DNA of 64,000 bases from Cytophagales bacterium (lineage in GTDB: Bacteria; Bacteroidota; Bacteroidia; Cytophagales; Cyclobacteriaceae). The stretch is taken from positions 26,659-90,658 of the forward strand of contig DMST01000116.1 in NCBI GenBank assembly GCA_003454975.1. Direction: 5' to 3'. A model generated the notes under the pieces. The model saw only the letters and a list, made by a program, of their open reading frames with translations. It was not told where the DNA came from and ran no database searches. The stretch's first letter is position 1. Each line of letters opens with the position of its first letter. A program made the translations under genes and the position numbers. Below are positions 9,807-18,481 of the stretch, in pieces.

Positions 9807-10577
9807 ATGCCAATACTTACCAACACGGTTGTCTCTGAGCTTCCTCTTCGTGGATACCACAAAGGGTTTCATGCCTATTTGGGTTTCTGCAACGTGGACC
9901 ATGACCGGTTGCTGCAAACAAAAAATCGATACCTGAGCGGGTATGAGCAAGAGCGCTACGATACTATAGAGGCGGTTCCTCACAAGCAATCTTACCTACG
10001 GGGTAGGTACATCTCCAAAGAGGTGTTGGGAGCCTATTTTGAAGAAACCGAGCTCACGCAGTTCAATATAGTCAACGGTATATTTAACCAGCCTATCGTA
10101 GAATATAAGCTAGGGCACAACCGCACGGGAGTAAGCATATCGCACAACGAGGAATACGGAATTGGCGTGGCATTCTCAGAAGAGATTCCCATGGCCGTGG
10201 ATATCGAACGTTGTAGCCTAAGCCAGAAAGAGATCATCAAAAGCCAGATTACCAATGATGAGCGCGAGATGGCGGCAGATATGCCTTGGCAAAGTACGAT
10301 TGCCTATACCGTTTTGTGGACGGTAAAAGAGGCCATTTCTAAGGTAATCAAGACCGGTCTTACCATTCCGCTAGATGTGCTTAAGGTTGGGAGTTTCAAG
10401 GCAAACGAAAATCACATTATTTGTGAATTTGAGAATTTCACCCAGTACCAAACCGTGTCCTTTCGGGTGAAAGACCACGTCTGTAGCATGGCCATGCCAC
10501 TAAATGCTGCCGAAGGAGACGATGTTTTTGAGTTTATTGAGCAGACCTTATTCAACTTAAAGCTACAATCAGTATGA
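9807..10577 (+). CDS. 4'-phosphopantetheinyl transferase (Sfp-type)
   Basis: 256 aa. Contains GVSISHNEEYGIGVAFS, MAVDIERC and WTVKEAISKVIKTG (the W/KEA motif), which together are characteristic of Sfp-family PPTases. It lies immediately downstream of the PKS. Confidence 0.85.
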   Translation: MPILTNTVVSELPLRGYHKGFHAYLGFCNVDHDRLLQTKNRYLSGYEQERYDTIEAVPHKQSYLRGRYISKEVLGAYFEETELTQFNIVNGIFNQPIVEYKLGHNRTGVSISHNEEYGIGVAFSEEIPMAVDIERCSLSQKEIIKSQITNDEREMAADMPWQSTIAYTVLWTVKEAISKVIKTGLTIPLDVLKVGSFKANENHIICEFENFTQYQTVSFRVKDHVCSMAMPLNAAEGDDVFEFIEQTLFNLKLQSV

Positions 10578-10987
10578 CACTACTGATCAAATTGTCCTTG
10601 ATGGTAGTGTTGGTTTTTGGGAGTAGCTGTGCCACTGCTCAGATGAAGTGGGAGGCTTGGGGTGTAAATCAAGAGCTGAAATTTGGTGAAATACTAGTCC
10701 TACCCACAGGTTTAGGTTCCGTTCAGTTTTCAAAATTAGTGAAGGATCATCGTTGCCCGATTGATGCGCAATGCATCACACAAGGAACCGTGATTGTTGA
10801 GTTTACTTATCTAAATAAGGAAGGGGCTTCCTCAGAGATCCAGCTATCTCTGGGTGATGATCAGGATTTGGTACATTCTTTTAGCGAATTTAGTGTAGAG
10901 TTGAAGGAAGTAACCCCACTTCCTAGTTCAGAGAAACCCGTTGTGCCTACAGAATATCGGGTTACGCTGTTGTTTTCTGAATATTAA
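10574..10987 (+). CDS. Small lipoprotein of unknown function
   Basis: 137 aa. The ATG overlaps the PPTase stop (ATGA at 10574-10577). Signal peptide with lipobox LVFGSSC. Carries the conserved-looking Cys pair HRCPIDAQCITQG. No family recognised. Confidence 0.7.
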   Translation: MTLLIKLSLMVVLVFGSSCATAQMKWEAWGVNQELKFGEILVLPTGLGSVQFSKLVKDHRCPIDAQCITQGTVIVEFTYLNKEGASSEIQLSLGDDQDLVHSFSEFSVELKEVTPLPSSEKPVVPTEYRVTLLFSEY

Positions 10988-11109
10988 TTATTGATTTAAT
11001 TGCTATTTGTCAACAGTCAATATACATTTGTAAAACAAACTATTTCGCCAACTTTATTTTAATTCCATCCCAAATTGTTAACGAAATAGGAAGGAAGTAT
11101 TAATTTGAG

Positions 11110-11148
11110 CCTAAAGCACAATTCAATTTTTGATTGTGCTTTAGGTTT
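11110..11148 (+). terminator. Hairpin terminator candidate after the PKS-PPTase-lipoprotein unit
   Basis: A perfect 13-bp stem, CCTAAAGCACAAT (11110-11122) pairing with ATTGTGCTTTAGG (11133-11145), is followed by TTT. Confidence 0.6.
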
Positions 11149-11175
11149 AGTTAGTACTCATGTAGGTTGACAAAA

Positions 11176-11206
11176 AATCCTGGGCTTATAGCTCGGGATT
11201 TTTTTT
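11176..11206. terminator. Second hairpin with a T-run in the convergent gap (pairs better on the + strand)
   Basis: AATCCTGGGC (11176-11185) pairs with GCTCGGGATT (11191-11200). The two G.U pairs on the + strand become mismatches on the - strand. A T-run covers 11199-11206. The hairpin sits between the lipoprotein gene (+) and the FMN reductase gene (-). Confidence 0.5.
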
Positions 11207-11208
11207 GC

Positions 11209-11751
11209 CTAAAAATTCAAGAACGCATCTACCTGTTCCGTAAGTAATTGTTGGTACAAATCGTTGCCCAACGTTTCGCCCTTCAGGTTTTTTTCTATAA
11301 AGGCTAGCTTTGTCTTTTGAGCCAGTACCTGCACACCCAGGTAGTGTAAGATGTCCGTAAGGTGGCTAAGTGCCAGGCCTCCACCCTGCATGCCAGAGGA
11401 GATGCCGATCAAGGAAGCCTTTTTGCCAGCCAGAGGATTAGGGTAGGGTAGGGCATCAATAAAAACCTTCAGTACCCCAGGAAAAGAACCATTGTATTCG
11501 GGCACAATAAAGAAGAACTTCTCTGACTGAAGCATCTTGGCACTCAAGGCATTCAGCTGCTCATTTTTTCCAGACTTCTCATACAAAGCAGAAACCGTGA
11601 TGTCTTCGGGCAAGTCTGCCAAGTCAAGAAATTGACTTTCCACCTGGTGGCTTTCTAATAGCTCTTTTACCCAATTGCCTACCCATTTCGATTTGGCGTG
11701 GTGCCGATTGGTACCAATGACAATGGTGATCATTCCCTGTTCTATTCCCAT
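11209..11751 (-). CDS. NAD(P)H-dependent FMN reductase family oxidoreductase (flavodoxin-like fold)
   Basis: 180 aa. Contains MITIVIGTNRHHAKSK and FFFIVPEYNGSFPGVLKVFIDAL, typical of the FMN_red family. The start could instead be Met7 (11733). Confidence 0.8.
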   Translation of the reverse strand: MGIEQGMITIVIGTNRHHAKSKWVGNWVKELLESHQVESQFLDLADLPEDITVSALYEKSGKNEQLNALSAKMLQSEKFFFIVPEYNGSFPGVLKVFIDALPYPNPLAGKKASLIGISSGMQGGGLALSHLTDILHYLGVQVLAQKTKLAFIEKNLKGETLGNDLYQQLLTEQVDAFLNF

Positions 11752-11952
11752 GGTGTTAAAATTTAGTGTGGAGCAGAATGGTTCAAAACTAAGCCGGAAG
11801 TAGGTAGAATGAACTTTTTGGCAAGATTTTCATTCTCATACTAGCATCACTTGAAAAGGAACTTTGACATGGAGTCAAAAACCGTTATTGTGTCATGGAA
11901 AGTGAAGCACAACTGTAATGGTCTCATTGATAGACACTAAGTAATTTGAGAT

Positions 11953-12279
11953 ATGTTTAGTGAGCTACCGGTAACTATCACCCCCAAGGCTTGGGAAGAG
12001 GTGAAACACATTGTAGAGAAAAAGAATATTCCGGAGGAATATGGCCTACGGATCGGAATTAAAGGAGCCGGTTGCTCTGGGATGTCCTTCTTGTTGGGCT
12101 TTGATAAGAAGCAGCCTACGGATATGGAGTTTTCACAAGATGGGTATCCCATCTACATTGCCAAAAAGGATACCATGTATTTACTAGGGCTACAGGTGGA
12201 CTTTTATGAAGGAGCGGACGCCAGAGGATTCACTTTTGTTAATCCGGACGTGCCTAGCCCAGAGGGAGTGAATAGTTAG
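11953..12279 (+). CDS. Iron-sulfur cluster insertion/assembly protein, HesB/IscA/ErpA family
   Basis: 108 aa. Contains ITPKAWEEVKHIV, GLRIGIKGAGCSGMSF and GFTFVNP, a typical A-type carrier signature. Confidence 0.9.
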   Translation: MFSELPVTITPKAWEEVKHIVEKKNIPEEYGLRIGIKGAGCSGMSFLLGFDKKQPTDMEFSQDGYPIYIAKKDTMYLLGLQVDFYEGADARGFTFVNPDVPSPEGVNS

Positions 12280-12779
12280 CTCAACTTGAAGGGCTTTTTG
12301 GGGAAGTCGTACCAAAGTAGATCTCCCTTGCCCGCCGTAATGTCTGCCCAATCTTCCTGCTCAAATTCAATCATGGCCATACCCAAGGTAGGTACGTTCT
12401 CTATGGGAGTACCTGCCAAACTGTTTACCCAAGCTGTCAGGTCAGGGTTATGTCCTATAATGGCTACACTTTGGTAGGTATTGTTTAGTTGCTGTACGAA
12501 CAAAGTATACTCCGCTTCAGTGGCATGATAAAGTGATTCCTTGGGTTGTATGTCCAAAGGCGATAAACCCAGGCCTTCCGAAATGCCTTTTGCTGTTTCA
12601 AAAGCCCTTCGTGCCGCGCTAGTAAAAATCTGCTCTACCTTAATCTGTCTTTGAGAGAGCCTGTAAGACATCTCGGGACAGTTTCGTAGACCCCGGGGAT
12701 TTAGGGGACGATCAAAATCTGAGAGTTCAGTATGCTCCCAGCTCGACTTGGCATGACGAACTATTAACAGTTTTTTCAT
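12276..12779 (-). CDS. sixA: Histidine phosphatase family protein (SixA-like phosphohistidine phosphatase)
   Basis: 167 aa. Contains LLIVRHAKSSW (RHG motif), RPLNPRG and IIGHNPDL. It overlaps the iscA-like stop by 4 nt (convergent). Confidence 0.8.
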   Translation of the reverse strand: MKKLLIVRHAKSSWEHTELSDFDRPLNPRGLRNCPEMSYRLSQRQIKVEQIFTSAARRAFETAKGISEGLGLSPLDIQPKESLYHATEAEYTLFVQQLNNTYQSVAIIGHNPDLTAWVNSLAGTPIENVPTLGMAMIEFEQEDWADITAGKGDLLWYDFPKKPFKLS

Positions 12780-12837
12780 GATAAAATGGGAGTCCTAAGA
12801 AAAAATAAGGCGAAAGGAAAAAAGTCAAGAATCCGTG

Positions 12838-12845
12838 TACCTTTG
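12838..12845 (+). promoter_or_regulatory. Candidate -7 promoter box (TAnnTTTG) of the cold-shock gene
   Basis: TACCTTTG lies 34 nt upstream of the ATG at 12880. It falls inside the longer 12835 ORF, which argues for the shorter CDS. Confidence 0.4.
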
Positions 12846-12879
12846 GACCGATATCCATTACCAATTGTCTTATTTAATT

Positions 12880-13071
12880 ATGCTCGAAGGTACCGTTAAA
12901 TTTTTCAATGAGTCCAAAGGCTATGGGTTCATCGTCGAAAATGGCACTAACAATGAAGTGTTTGTTCATATTTCTGGACTTACAGAGCCTGTTGCCAAAG
13001 ATGATCGCGTATCCTATGAAGTTCGTGAAGGACGAAAAGGAATGAATGCCGTGAATGTGAAACGCATCTGA
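12880..13071 (+). CDS. Cold-shock protein (CspA family)
   Basis: MLEGTVKFFNESKGYGFIVENGTNNEVFVHISGL contains the RNP1/RNP2-type motifs of an S1-like CSD. 63 aa when started at Met16 of the track ORF. Confidence 0.9.
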   Translation: MLEGTVKFFNESKGYGFIVENGTNNEVFVHISGLTEPVAKDDRVSYEVREGRKGMNAVNVKRI

Positions 13072-13118
13072 TGACACGCAGAAGATATAAAGGAGAAGGA
13101 AGTATTCAATCCTGAATC

Positions 13119-13145
13119 AACCCCGCATGTTGCGGGGTTTTTTTG
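13119..13145 (+). terminator. Rho-independent terminator
   Basis: AACCCCGCA tgt TGCGGGGTT followed by TTTTTT. Confidence 0.85.
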
Positions 13146-13212
13146 TACATCCTTGAAACAAATAGTAGGCTGGTTAAATTCTAACTTAGAACGTGAGTTG
13201 TACGCTGCACCT

Positions 13213-13605
13213 ATGAAAGAACCTTCTATTTCTTTCCATTATGTACCCGCCCACGAATACCTGCTGATTAAGGTAGTAGGGGTTTACCAAGCTACAGCCG
13301 AGAACCATGTGTTCCTGGAGTTTTTGGAGAGAATGAATCAATTCGGGGTTAAAAAGGCGCTCGTAGACTATCGAGAAGGAACCTATCAGTCCAATACTCT
13401 GACGGCCTTGGATCGTCCACGCTTATTAGAAAGTCTAAAAATCCCAAGGTCATTCCGGATAGCCAGCGTGCACCAGGAGAAAACGGAGAGCCTTCACTTC
13501 TTGGAGAGTTTGCTGCAAAACCACCAGTACAAGTTTAGGATTTTTACCCAAATGCAAGAAGCAAAGGAGTGGCTGGAAATCTCAGGCCCTCTTCCTGAAG
13601 AGTAG
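13213..13605 (+). CDS. Hypothetical protein
   Basis: The track ORF begins at TTG 13153, only 8 nt after the csp terminator. The first ATG is at 13213 (MKEPSISF). No family recognised. Confidence 0.5.
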   Translation: MKEPSISFHYVPAHEYLLIKVVGVYQATAENHVFLEFLERMNQFGVKKALVDYREGTYQSNTLTALDRPRLLESLKIPRSFRIASVHQEKTESLHFLESLLQNHQYKFRIFTQMQEAKEWLEISGPLPEE

Positions 13606-13668
13606 CCGGCCTTGTATGTTTGAATTACAGACGGTTTGCTAAAGAAATGATATCCGGCGTATGATCTG

Positions 13669-13716
13669 AAAATACACCCCTCTAAAGCGAAAAATCCGGG
13701 GTAGGGGTGTATTTTT
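13669..13716 (+). terminator. Long inverted repeat (terminator candidate) overlapping a TAnnTTTG box just before guaA
   Basis: A 13-bp stem, AAAATACACCCCT (13669-13681) pairing with AGGGGTGTATTTT (13703-13715), encloses a 21-nt loop. TATTTTTG at 13710-13717 lies 4 nt before the guaA ATG, so a leaderless or very short-leader transcript is possible. Confidence 0.45.
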
Positions 13717-13721
13717 GCCGC

Positions 13722-15251
13722 ATGACCGAAAAGATCCTTATTCTGGACTTTGGTTCACAGTATACCCAGCTTATTGCTCGGCGTGTACGTGAGCTTAATG
13801 TATATTGTGAAATCCATCCTTACAATAATGCGCCTGCGCTAGACGAAAGCGTAAAAGGTGTAATCTTATCGGGTAGTCCTTGTTCCGTTTTGGACGATGG
13901 AGCCCCCAATCCTGACCTGAGCGGTTACCTTGAACAGCAACCTTTGCTAGGGGTTTGCTACGGGGCTCAGTTGCTTGCACACAGTCATGGCGGGAAAGTA
14001 TTACCTTCCGAAATTCGAGAATACGGCCGTGCACGCCTTAGCCGGGTTGATACCCACTTTGATTTGCTCAAGGAGATCAGCCTAGATAGCCAGGTGTGGA
14101 TGTCTCATGGTGATACCATTGCCGAACTGCCCGAGGGTTTTCAGGTCATTGGGTCTACTCCAGATGTACAGGTAGCAGCCTTTAAGGTAGAAGGGCAGGA
14201 TACTTACGGTATTCAGTTCCATCCGGAGGTAACGCATTCGGTAGAAGGAAAGACGGTACTACGAAACTTTGTAGTACATATTTGTGGATGCTCTCAGGAC
14301 TGGACTCCGGATATCTTCATTGATGCCACGGTGGCTGAGTTGAAAGAAAAACTGGGCAATGATAAGGTAGTAATGGCGCTTAGCGGTGGTGTGGATAGTA
14401 CCGTAGCGGCAGAGCTAATTCATAGGGCTATTGGCGATAATCTGTATTGCATATTTGTGGACAATGGCCTCCTAAGAAAGGGAGAATTTGAGCAGGTGCT
14501 GGAAGGATACCGGCACATGGGCTTAAATATCCGGGGAGTAGATGCTAAGGAAAAGTTTTATACCGCACTGGAAGGGATTTCCGATCCAGAGGGTAAGCGC
14601 AAGGCCATTGGACGCACCTTCATTGAAGTGTTTGATGAAGAGGCACACAGGATTGAGGAGGTTACCTGGCTTGGTCAGGGAACCATTTATCCTGATGTAA
14701 TTGAGTCAGTGTCAGTAGGAGGGCCGTCCGTGACTATAAAAAGCCACCACAACGTAGGAGGATTGCCTGAACGCATGAAACTCAAGATTGTGGAGCCCTT
14801 ACGTCTGCTGTTTAAAGATGAAGTTCGCAGAGTTGGGGCTAGTCTACAGATTGATCCTAACATTCTGGGCAGGCACCCTTTCCCTGGACCTGGCTTAGGA
14901 ATCCGTATCCTGGGAGATATCACGGCGGATAAAGTACGGATCCTGCAAGAGGTTGATTACCTATTTATACAAGGGCTACGCGATCATAACCTTTACGACG
15001 AAGTTTGGCAGGCCGGGGCTATGTTGCTGCCGGTACAGTCAGTAGGGGTAATGGGGGATGAACGTACTTACGAGCAGGTGGTTGCCCTGCGAGCGGTAAC
15101 GAGTGTAGACGGTATGACGGCCGATTTCTCGCATTTGCCCCATGAGTTTCTGGGAGAAATCTCCTCTCAGATTATCAACCGGGTGAAGGGCGTGAACCGG
15201 GTAGTATATGATGTAAGCTCTAAGCCACCCTCTACCATAGAGTGGGAGTAA
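13722..15251 (+). CDS. guaA: GMP synthase (glutamine-hydrolysing)
   Basis: [20 protein letters not shown] marks the GATase domain, with the Cys in [16 protein letters not shown] is the ATP-PPase P-loop. The C-terminal ...PPSTIEWE is typical of GuaA. Start taken at Met6 of the track ORF. Confidence 0.95.
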   Translation: MTEKILILDFGSQYTQLIARRVRELNVYCEIHPYNNAPALDESVKGVILSGSPCSVLDDGAPNPDLSGYLEQQPLLGVCYGAQLLAHSHGGKVLPSEIREYGRARLSRVDTHFDLLKEISLDSQVWMSHGDTIAELPEGFQVIGSTPDVQVAAFKVEGQDTYGIQFHPEVTHSVEGKTVLRNFVVHICGCSQDWTPDIFIDATVAELKEKLGNDKVVMALSGGVDSTVAAELIHRAIGDNLYCIFVDNGLLRKGEFEQVLEGYRHMGLNIRGVDAKEKFYTALEGISDPEGKRKAIGRTFIEVFDEEAHRIEEVTWLGQGTIYPDVIESVSVGGPSVTIKSHHNVGGLPERMKLKIVEPLRLLFKDEVRRVGASLQIDPNILGRHPFPGPGLGIRILGDITADKVRILQEVDYLFIQGLRDHNLYDEVWQAGAMLLPVQSVGVMGDERTYEQVVALRAVTSVDGMTADFSHLPHEFLGEISSQIINRVKGVNRVVYDVSSKPPSTIEWE

Positions 15252-15264
15252 TTTATACTTTTAA

Positions 15265-15287
15265 AGGCTGACTTTTCAGCCTGTTTT
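15265..15287 (+). terminator. Rho-independent terminator
   Basis: AGGCTGA cttt TCAGCCT followed by GTTTT. Confidence 0.7.
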
Positions 15288-15331
15288 CTAACCCGTACTT
15301 GTAGTGTCGGGTTGAATTAACCCAACGAACC

Positions 15332-17176
15332 ATGCGAACCTACGGGATAGTACTCTTGCTAGTGGGAATGATGATAGCGCCTGCCCGAGCGCAAGAGCCT
15401 ACGGATTTTCAGGCCCGCTACCGTACTGCAAAAGAATTGTTGCAAGAGGGTAAATATTCGCTAGCCTCAGAGTACTTTTTGGCGCTGGCTCAGGAGGAGG
15501 CTTCCACCAATATTTTTGTAGCCTATGCCGCTTATTACCATGGGTTGGCGGCTCTGTTGAATGGCAACGGAGAACTAGCTGGCGATATATGGGGTAAACT
15601 GGTGGGTAAGTACCCTGATTGGCGGGAGCAAGGAGAGTTGGTTTTTTGGAAAGGCACCATGGCTTTTGCCTCCGGACAATTGGGCGAGGGGTACCGGGTG
15701 TTGGCCCAAATGAAATCAGGGCCTCAGCGCGATGCATTGGAAAAAGTAAAAAGCTACTACACGCTCAAAGAGACCGACGTGCGTCGGCTGCAACGCTTGT
15801 TTGAGGAGTATAGTGATGACCGAGAGTTGGCCGTGCATCTTGCTGATTGTATTGTAATGCAACCTATGGTGCAGCAGAATCAAGAGCTATTAGAATTCCT
15901 GATTGGCGATTTTGATCTTGATCCTTCCACTTATAATCGAATTACCCCGGGCCAGTCAGTCAAAAAAGAACAATACCGGGTGGCAGTACTGTTTCCTTTT
16001 CAGCATGAAGTGTTAAGCCAACGTAGGCCCAATGCCATTCCAGTCTTTTACCAGGGGCTATTTGATCGGTATGAGGGTATGCGAATGGCCCAAGAGGCGC
16101 TTGGAGAGGAAGGTAAAACCATTGAGCTGGTGGCTTACGATACCAAAGGGGATAGCGCTACTACAGCAGGGATCCTTGCTCTGCCCGAGATGAAAAGCGT
16201 CGATCTCATCATAGGGCCATTGTTCCCAGATGCACGCGAGCTCGTGCTTCAGTTTTCTGAAGAGAACCGGATCCCGATGTTCAATCCGCTAAGTGCCAAT
16301 GCAGACGGAATTGGGAATAACCCATTCGCGTTCCTGATCAATCCAAGCCACGAAACCCGGGCTCGTAGAGTAGCTGATTACTTCACGGATAATTCTACCG
16401 ATTCTACAGTCTATATTTTCTACGGAACCCGAACTCAAGATTCGCTATATGCCTATGCATACAAAGCCGAAATGGAACTGCGTGGATTTTGGGTGCCGGT
16501 GGTGATGCAGGTAGACGAAGAGAAATCTCAAACAGGCTTTGAGTTCCTAACGGAAACGGTTCGGTACCATGATTTGAAGGACCTTGATTCGGCCCGAGCG
16601 GTAGACCTGCTCAACGATTACCTGGAAAGGAAAAGGGACAACCCCAATCTACGGCTAGAGAAGGAAGAGGCTTTCCGAATACCCAATGATAGCATAGGCC
16701 ATATTTTGGTAGCATCAGACAACGGCCTGATTGCAGCCAGTATAGTTGGTGCGGTAGAAACTCGGGCCGCAAAAGGCGATTCTATCCCAGTGATGGGATC
16801 CGAACAATGGCTGCTGCAGAACTATGACTACGTTACCTATGAGCAACTGGAGCGATTGGGGGTTATTCTGACGGCTCCATCTTACTTTGAGAAGCAAACT
16901 TCCAAAGCAGAGGGCTTTCAGGAAGCCTACATCCGTCGGCAAAACATTTTGCCTAACCGAGAGGTATTCGAAGGGTACGATATGCTTTGGTTCTTAGGCA
17001 ATATGCTTCATGATCACGGCACCTACTTCCAATTTGGTATGCGAGACCAAGGATTTACCCCCGGTAACTTTGTGCAGGGGTATGATTTCCGGGGTTCCAA
17101 CGATAACCAATATGTGCCGCTACTCCGTTTTCGCGATTATCAGTTTGAGGTGATTTCCTATCAAGGAGAAGAGTAA
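15332..17176 (+). CDS. Secreted protein with an N-terminal TPR-like region and a C-terminal type-1 periplasmic-binding-protein-like region
   Basis: Signal peptide MRTYGIVLLLVGMMIAPARAQ. A helical repeat region follows, then YRVAVLFPF...DLIIGPLF, which resembles Leu/Ile/Val-binding-type PBPs. The function is not assignable. Confidence 0.65.
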   Translation: MRTYGIVLLLVGMMIAPARAQEPTDFQARYRTAKELLQEGKYSLASEYFLALAQEEASTNIFVAYAAYYHGLAALLNGNGELAGDIWGKLVGKYPDWREQGELVFWKGTMAFASGQLGEGYRVLAQMKSGPQRDALEKVKSYYTLKETDVRRLQRLFEEYSDDRELAVHLADCIVMQPMVQQNQELLEFLIGDFDLDPSTYNRITPGQSVKKEQYRVAVLFPFQHEVLSQRRPNAIPVFYQGLFDRYEGMRMAQEALGEEGKTIELVAYDTKGDSATTAGILALPEMKSVDLIIGPLFPDARELVLQFSEENRIPMFNPLSANADGIGNNPFAFLINPSHETRARRVADYFTDNSTDSTVYIFYGTRTQDSLYAYAYKAEMELRGFWVPVVMQVDEEKSQTGFEFLTETVRYHDLKDLDSARAVDLLNDYLERKRDNPNLRLEKEEAFRIPNDSIGHILVASDNGLIAASIVGAVETRAAKGDSIPVMGSEQWLLQNYDYVTYEQLERLGVILTAPSYFEKQTSKAEGFQEAYIRRQNILPNREVFEGYDMLWFLGNMLHDHGTYFQFGMRDQGFTPGNFVQGYDFRGSNDNQYVPLLRFRDYQFEVISYQGEE

Positions 17177-17182
17177 CCTACC

Positions 17183-18481
17183 ATGACAATACAGAAGAGC
17201 AATAGTCAATCCCTGTTTGGAAACGCCAAGCAGTTTATTCCTGGAGGGGTAAATTCTCCGGTACGTGCTTTCAAAGCTGTAGGGGGCGACCCTTTGTTTA
17301 TCAAATCTGCCAAAGGGGCTGTACTTACCGATGAAGATGGGAATGATTTCATTGAGTTGATCAACTCCTGGGGTCCTATGATTTTGGGACATGCTCACGA
17401 GGGAATCGAAGCAGCCGTGATAGAAGCCATTAAGGGTTCTGTTTCCTTTGGAGCACCTACCGCACGTGAGGTAGAAATTGCCGAGCTGATTTGTGAGATG
17501 GTTCCGTCTATAGAGAAGGTCCGGATGGTCAACTCAGGTACTGAGGCTGCCATGAGCGTGGCCCGGCTAGCCCGTGGGTATACCGGTCGCGATAAGATAG
17601 TGAAGATGGAAGGCCACTACCACGGTCATGCGGATTCATTCCTGATTGCGGCAGGAAGTGGCTTGGCCACCAATGGAGTGCCCAACAGTCCAGGAGTAAC
17701 GGAGGGTACGGCAAAAGATACTTTGTTGGTACCATATAACAACCTGGAAGCCGTAGAGCAACTTGTAGCAGCCCACCCCAAGCAAATAGCGGCTATCCTT
17801 TTGGAGCCCGTTCCTGGCAATATGGGTTGTGTATTGCCCAAGCCTGGTTACCTGGAGGGGCTCCGTGCTTTGTGCGATCGTGAGGGCATTGTTCTGGTAT
17901 TTGATGAGGTAATGACAGGCTTCCGTTTGGCTCCCGGCGGAGCGCAGGAAGTGTTCGGGGTTACCCCTGATATAACCGCGCTGGGTAAAATCATCGGTGG
18001 GGGTATGCCGGTAGGGGCCTATGGAGGAAAGAAAGAGATCATGGACTTTGTATCTCCTCAGGGACCTGTATATCAAGCAGGTACTCTTTCGGGAAATCCA
18101 GTAGCCATGGCTGCCGGTTTAGCCATGTTGCAACACCTGAAACAACACCCAGAGGTATACGAATACCTGCAATCAATAACCTATAGAATGGTGAGCGGCA
18201 TAAAACAGATTTTGGAAGATCTCCAGTTGCCCTACACCATGAACCATATAGGTTCTATGTATAGCTTATTCTTTACCGATCAGCAGGTGGTTGATTTTGA
18301 TACGGCACAAACCACCGATACGGAGAGATTTGGACAATACTTCCGGGGAATGCTGGAAGAGGGTGTGTATTTAGCACCTAGCCAATACGAATCACTCTTC
18401 GTTTCTTCCGCCCTCACTGAGGCTCAGGCTGACCAAGTGATAGAGGCCAATAGGCGAGTGCTCACTGCTATGCATGGCTAA
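17183..18481 (+). CDS. hemL: Glutamate-1-semialdehyde 2,1-aminomutase
   Basis: Contains GGVNSPVRAF, SGTEA and the PLP-lysine context FDEVMTGFR...GKIIGGG. The length (432 aa) and end-to-end pattern are typical of HemL. Confidence 0.95.
   Translation: MTIQKSNSQSLFGNAKQFIPGGVNSPVRAFKAVGGDPLFIKSAKGAVLTDEDGNDFIELINSWGPMILGHAHEGIEAAVIEAIKGSVSFGAPTAREVEIAELICEMVPSIEKVRMVNSGTEAAMSVARLARGYTGRDKIVKMEGHYHGHADSFLIAAGSGLATNGVPNSPGVTEGTAKDTLLVPYNNLEAVEQLVAAHPKQIAAILLEPVPGNMGCVLPKPGYLEGLRALCDREGIVLVFDEVMTGFRLAPGGAQEVFGVTPDITALGKIIGGGMPVGAYGGKKEIMDFVSPQGPVYQAGTLSGNPVAMAAGLAMLQHLKQHPEVYEYLQSITYRMVSGIKQILEDLQLPYTMNHIGSMYSLFFTDQQVVDFDTAQTTDTERFGQYFRGMLEEGVYLAPSQYESLFVSSALTEAQADQVIEANRRVLTAMHG

Noticed and set aside
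2218-9813. Numerous 60-217-aa minus-strand and alternate-frame ORFs inside the PKS gene, for example 2218-2778, 6510-6971 and 9009-9662.
   Set aside because: The PKS frame is continuous with canonical domain motifs throughout. The overlapping ORFs are compositionally odd (Ser/Pro/Arg-rich) and lack any motif.
11863-11879. The palindrome TTTGAC-N5-GTCAAA in the divergent region between the FMN reductase and the IscA-like gene, considered as a possible regulator site.
   Set aside because: The arms are only 6 bp, which is expected by chance in AT-rich intergenic DNA. It cannot be tied to a known regulator motif by eye.
12835-12879. A 15-aa N-terminal extension of the cold-shock protein ORF.
   Set aside because: CspA-family proteins start just before the KGxVKxFN motif. 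A TAnnTTTG promoter box (12838-12845) lies inside the extension.
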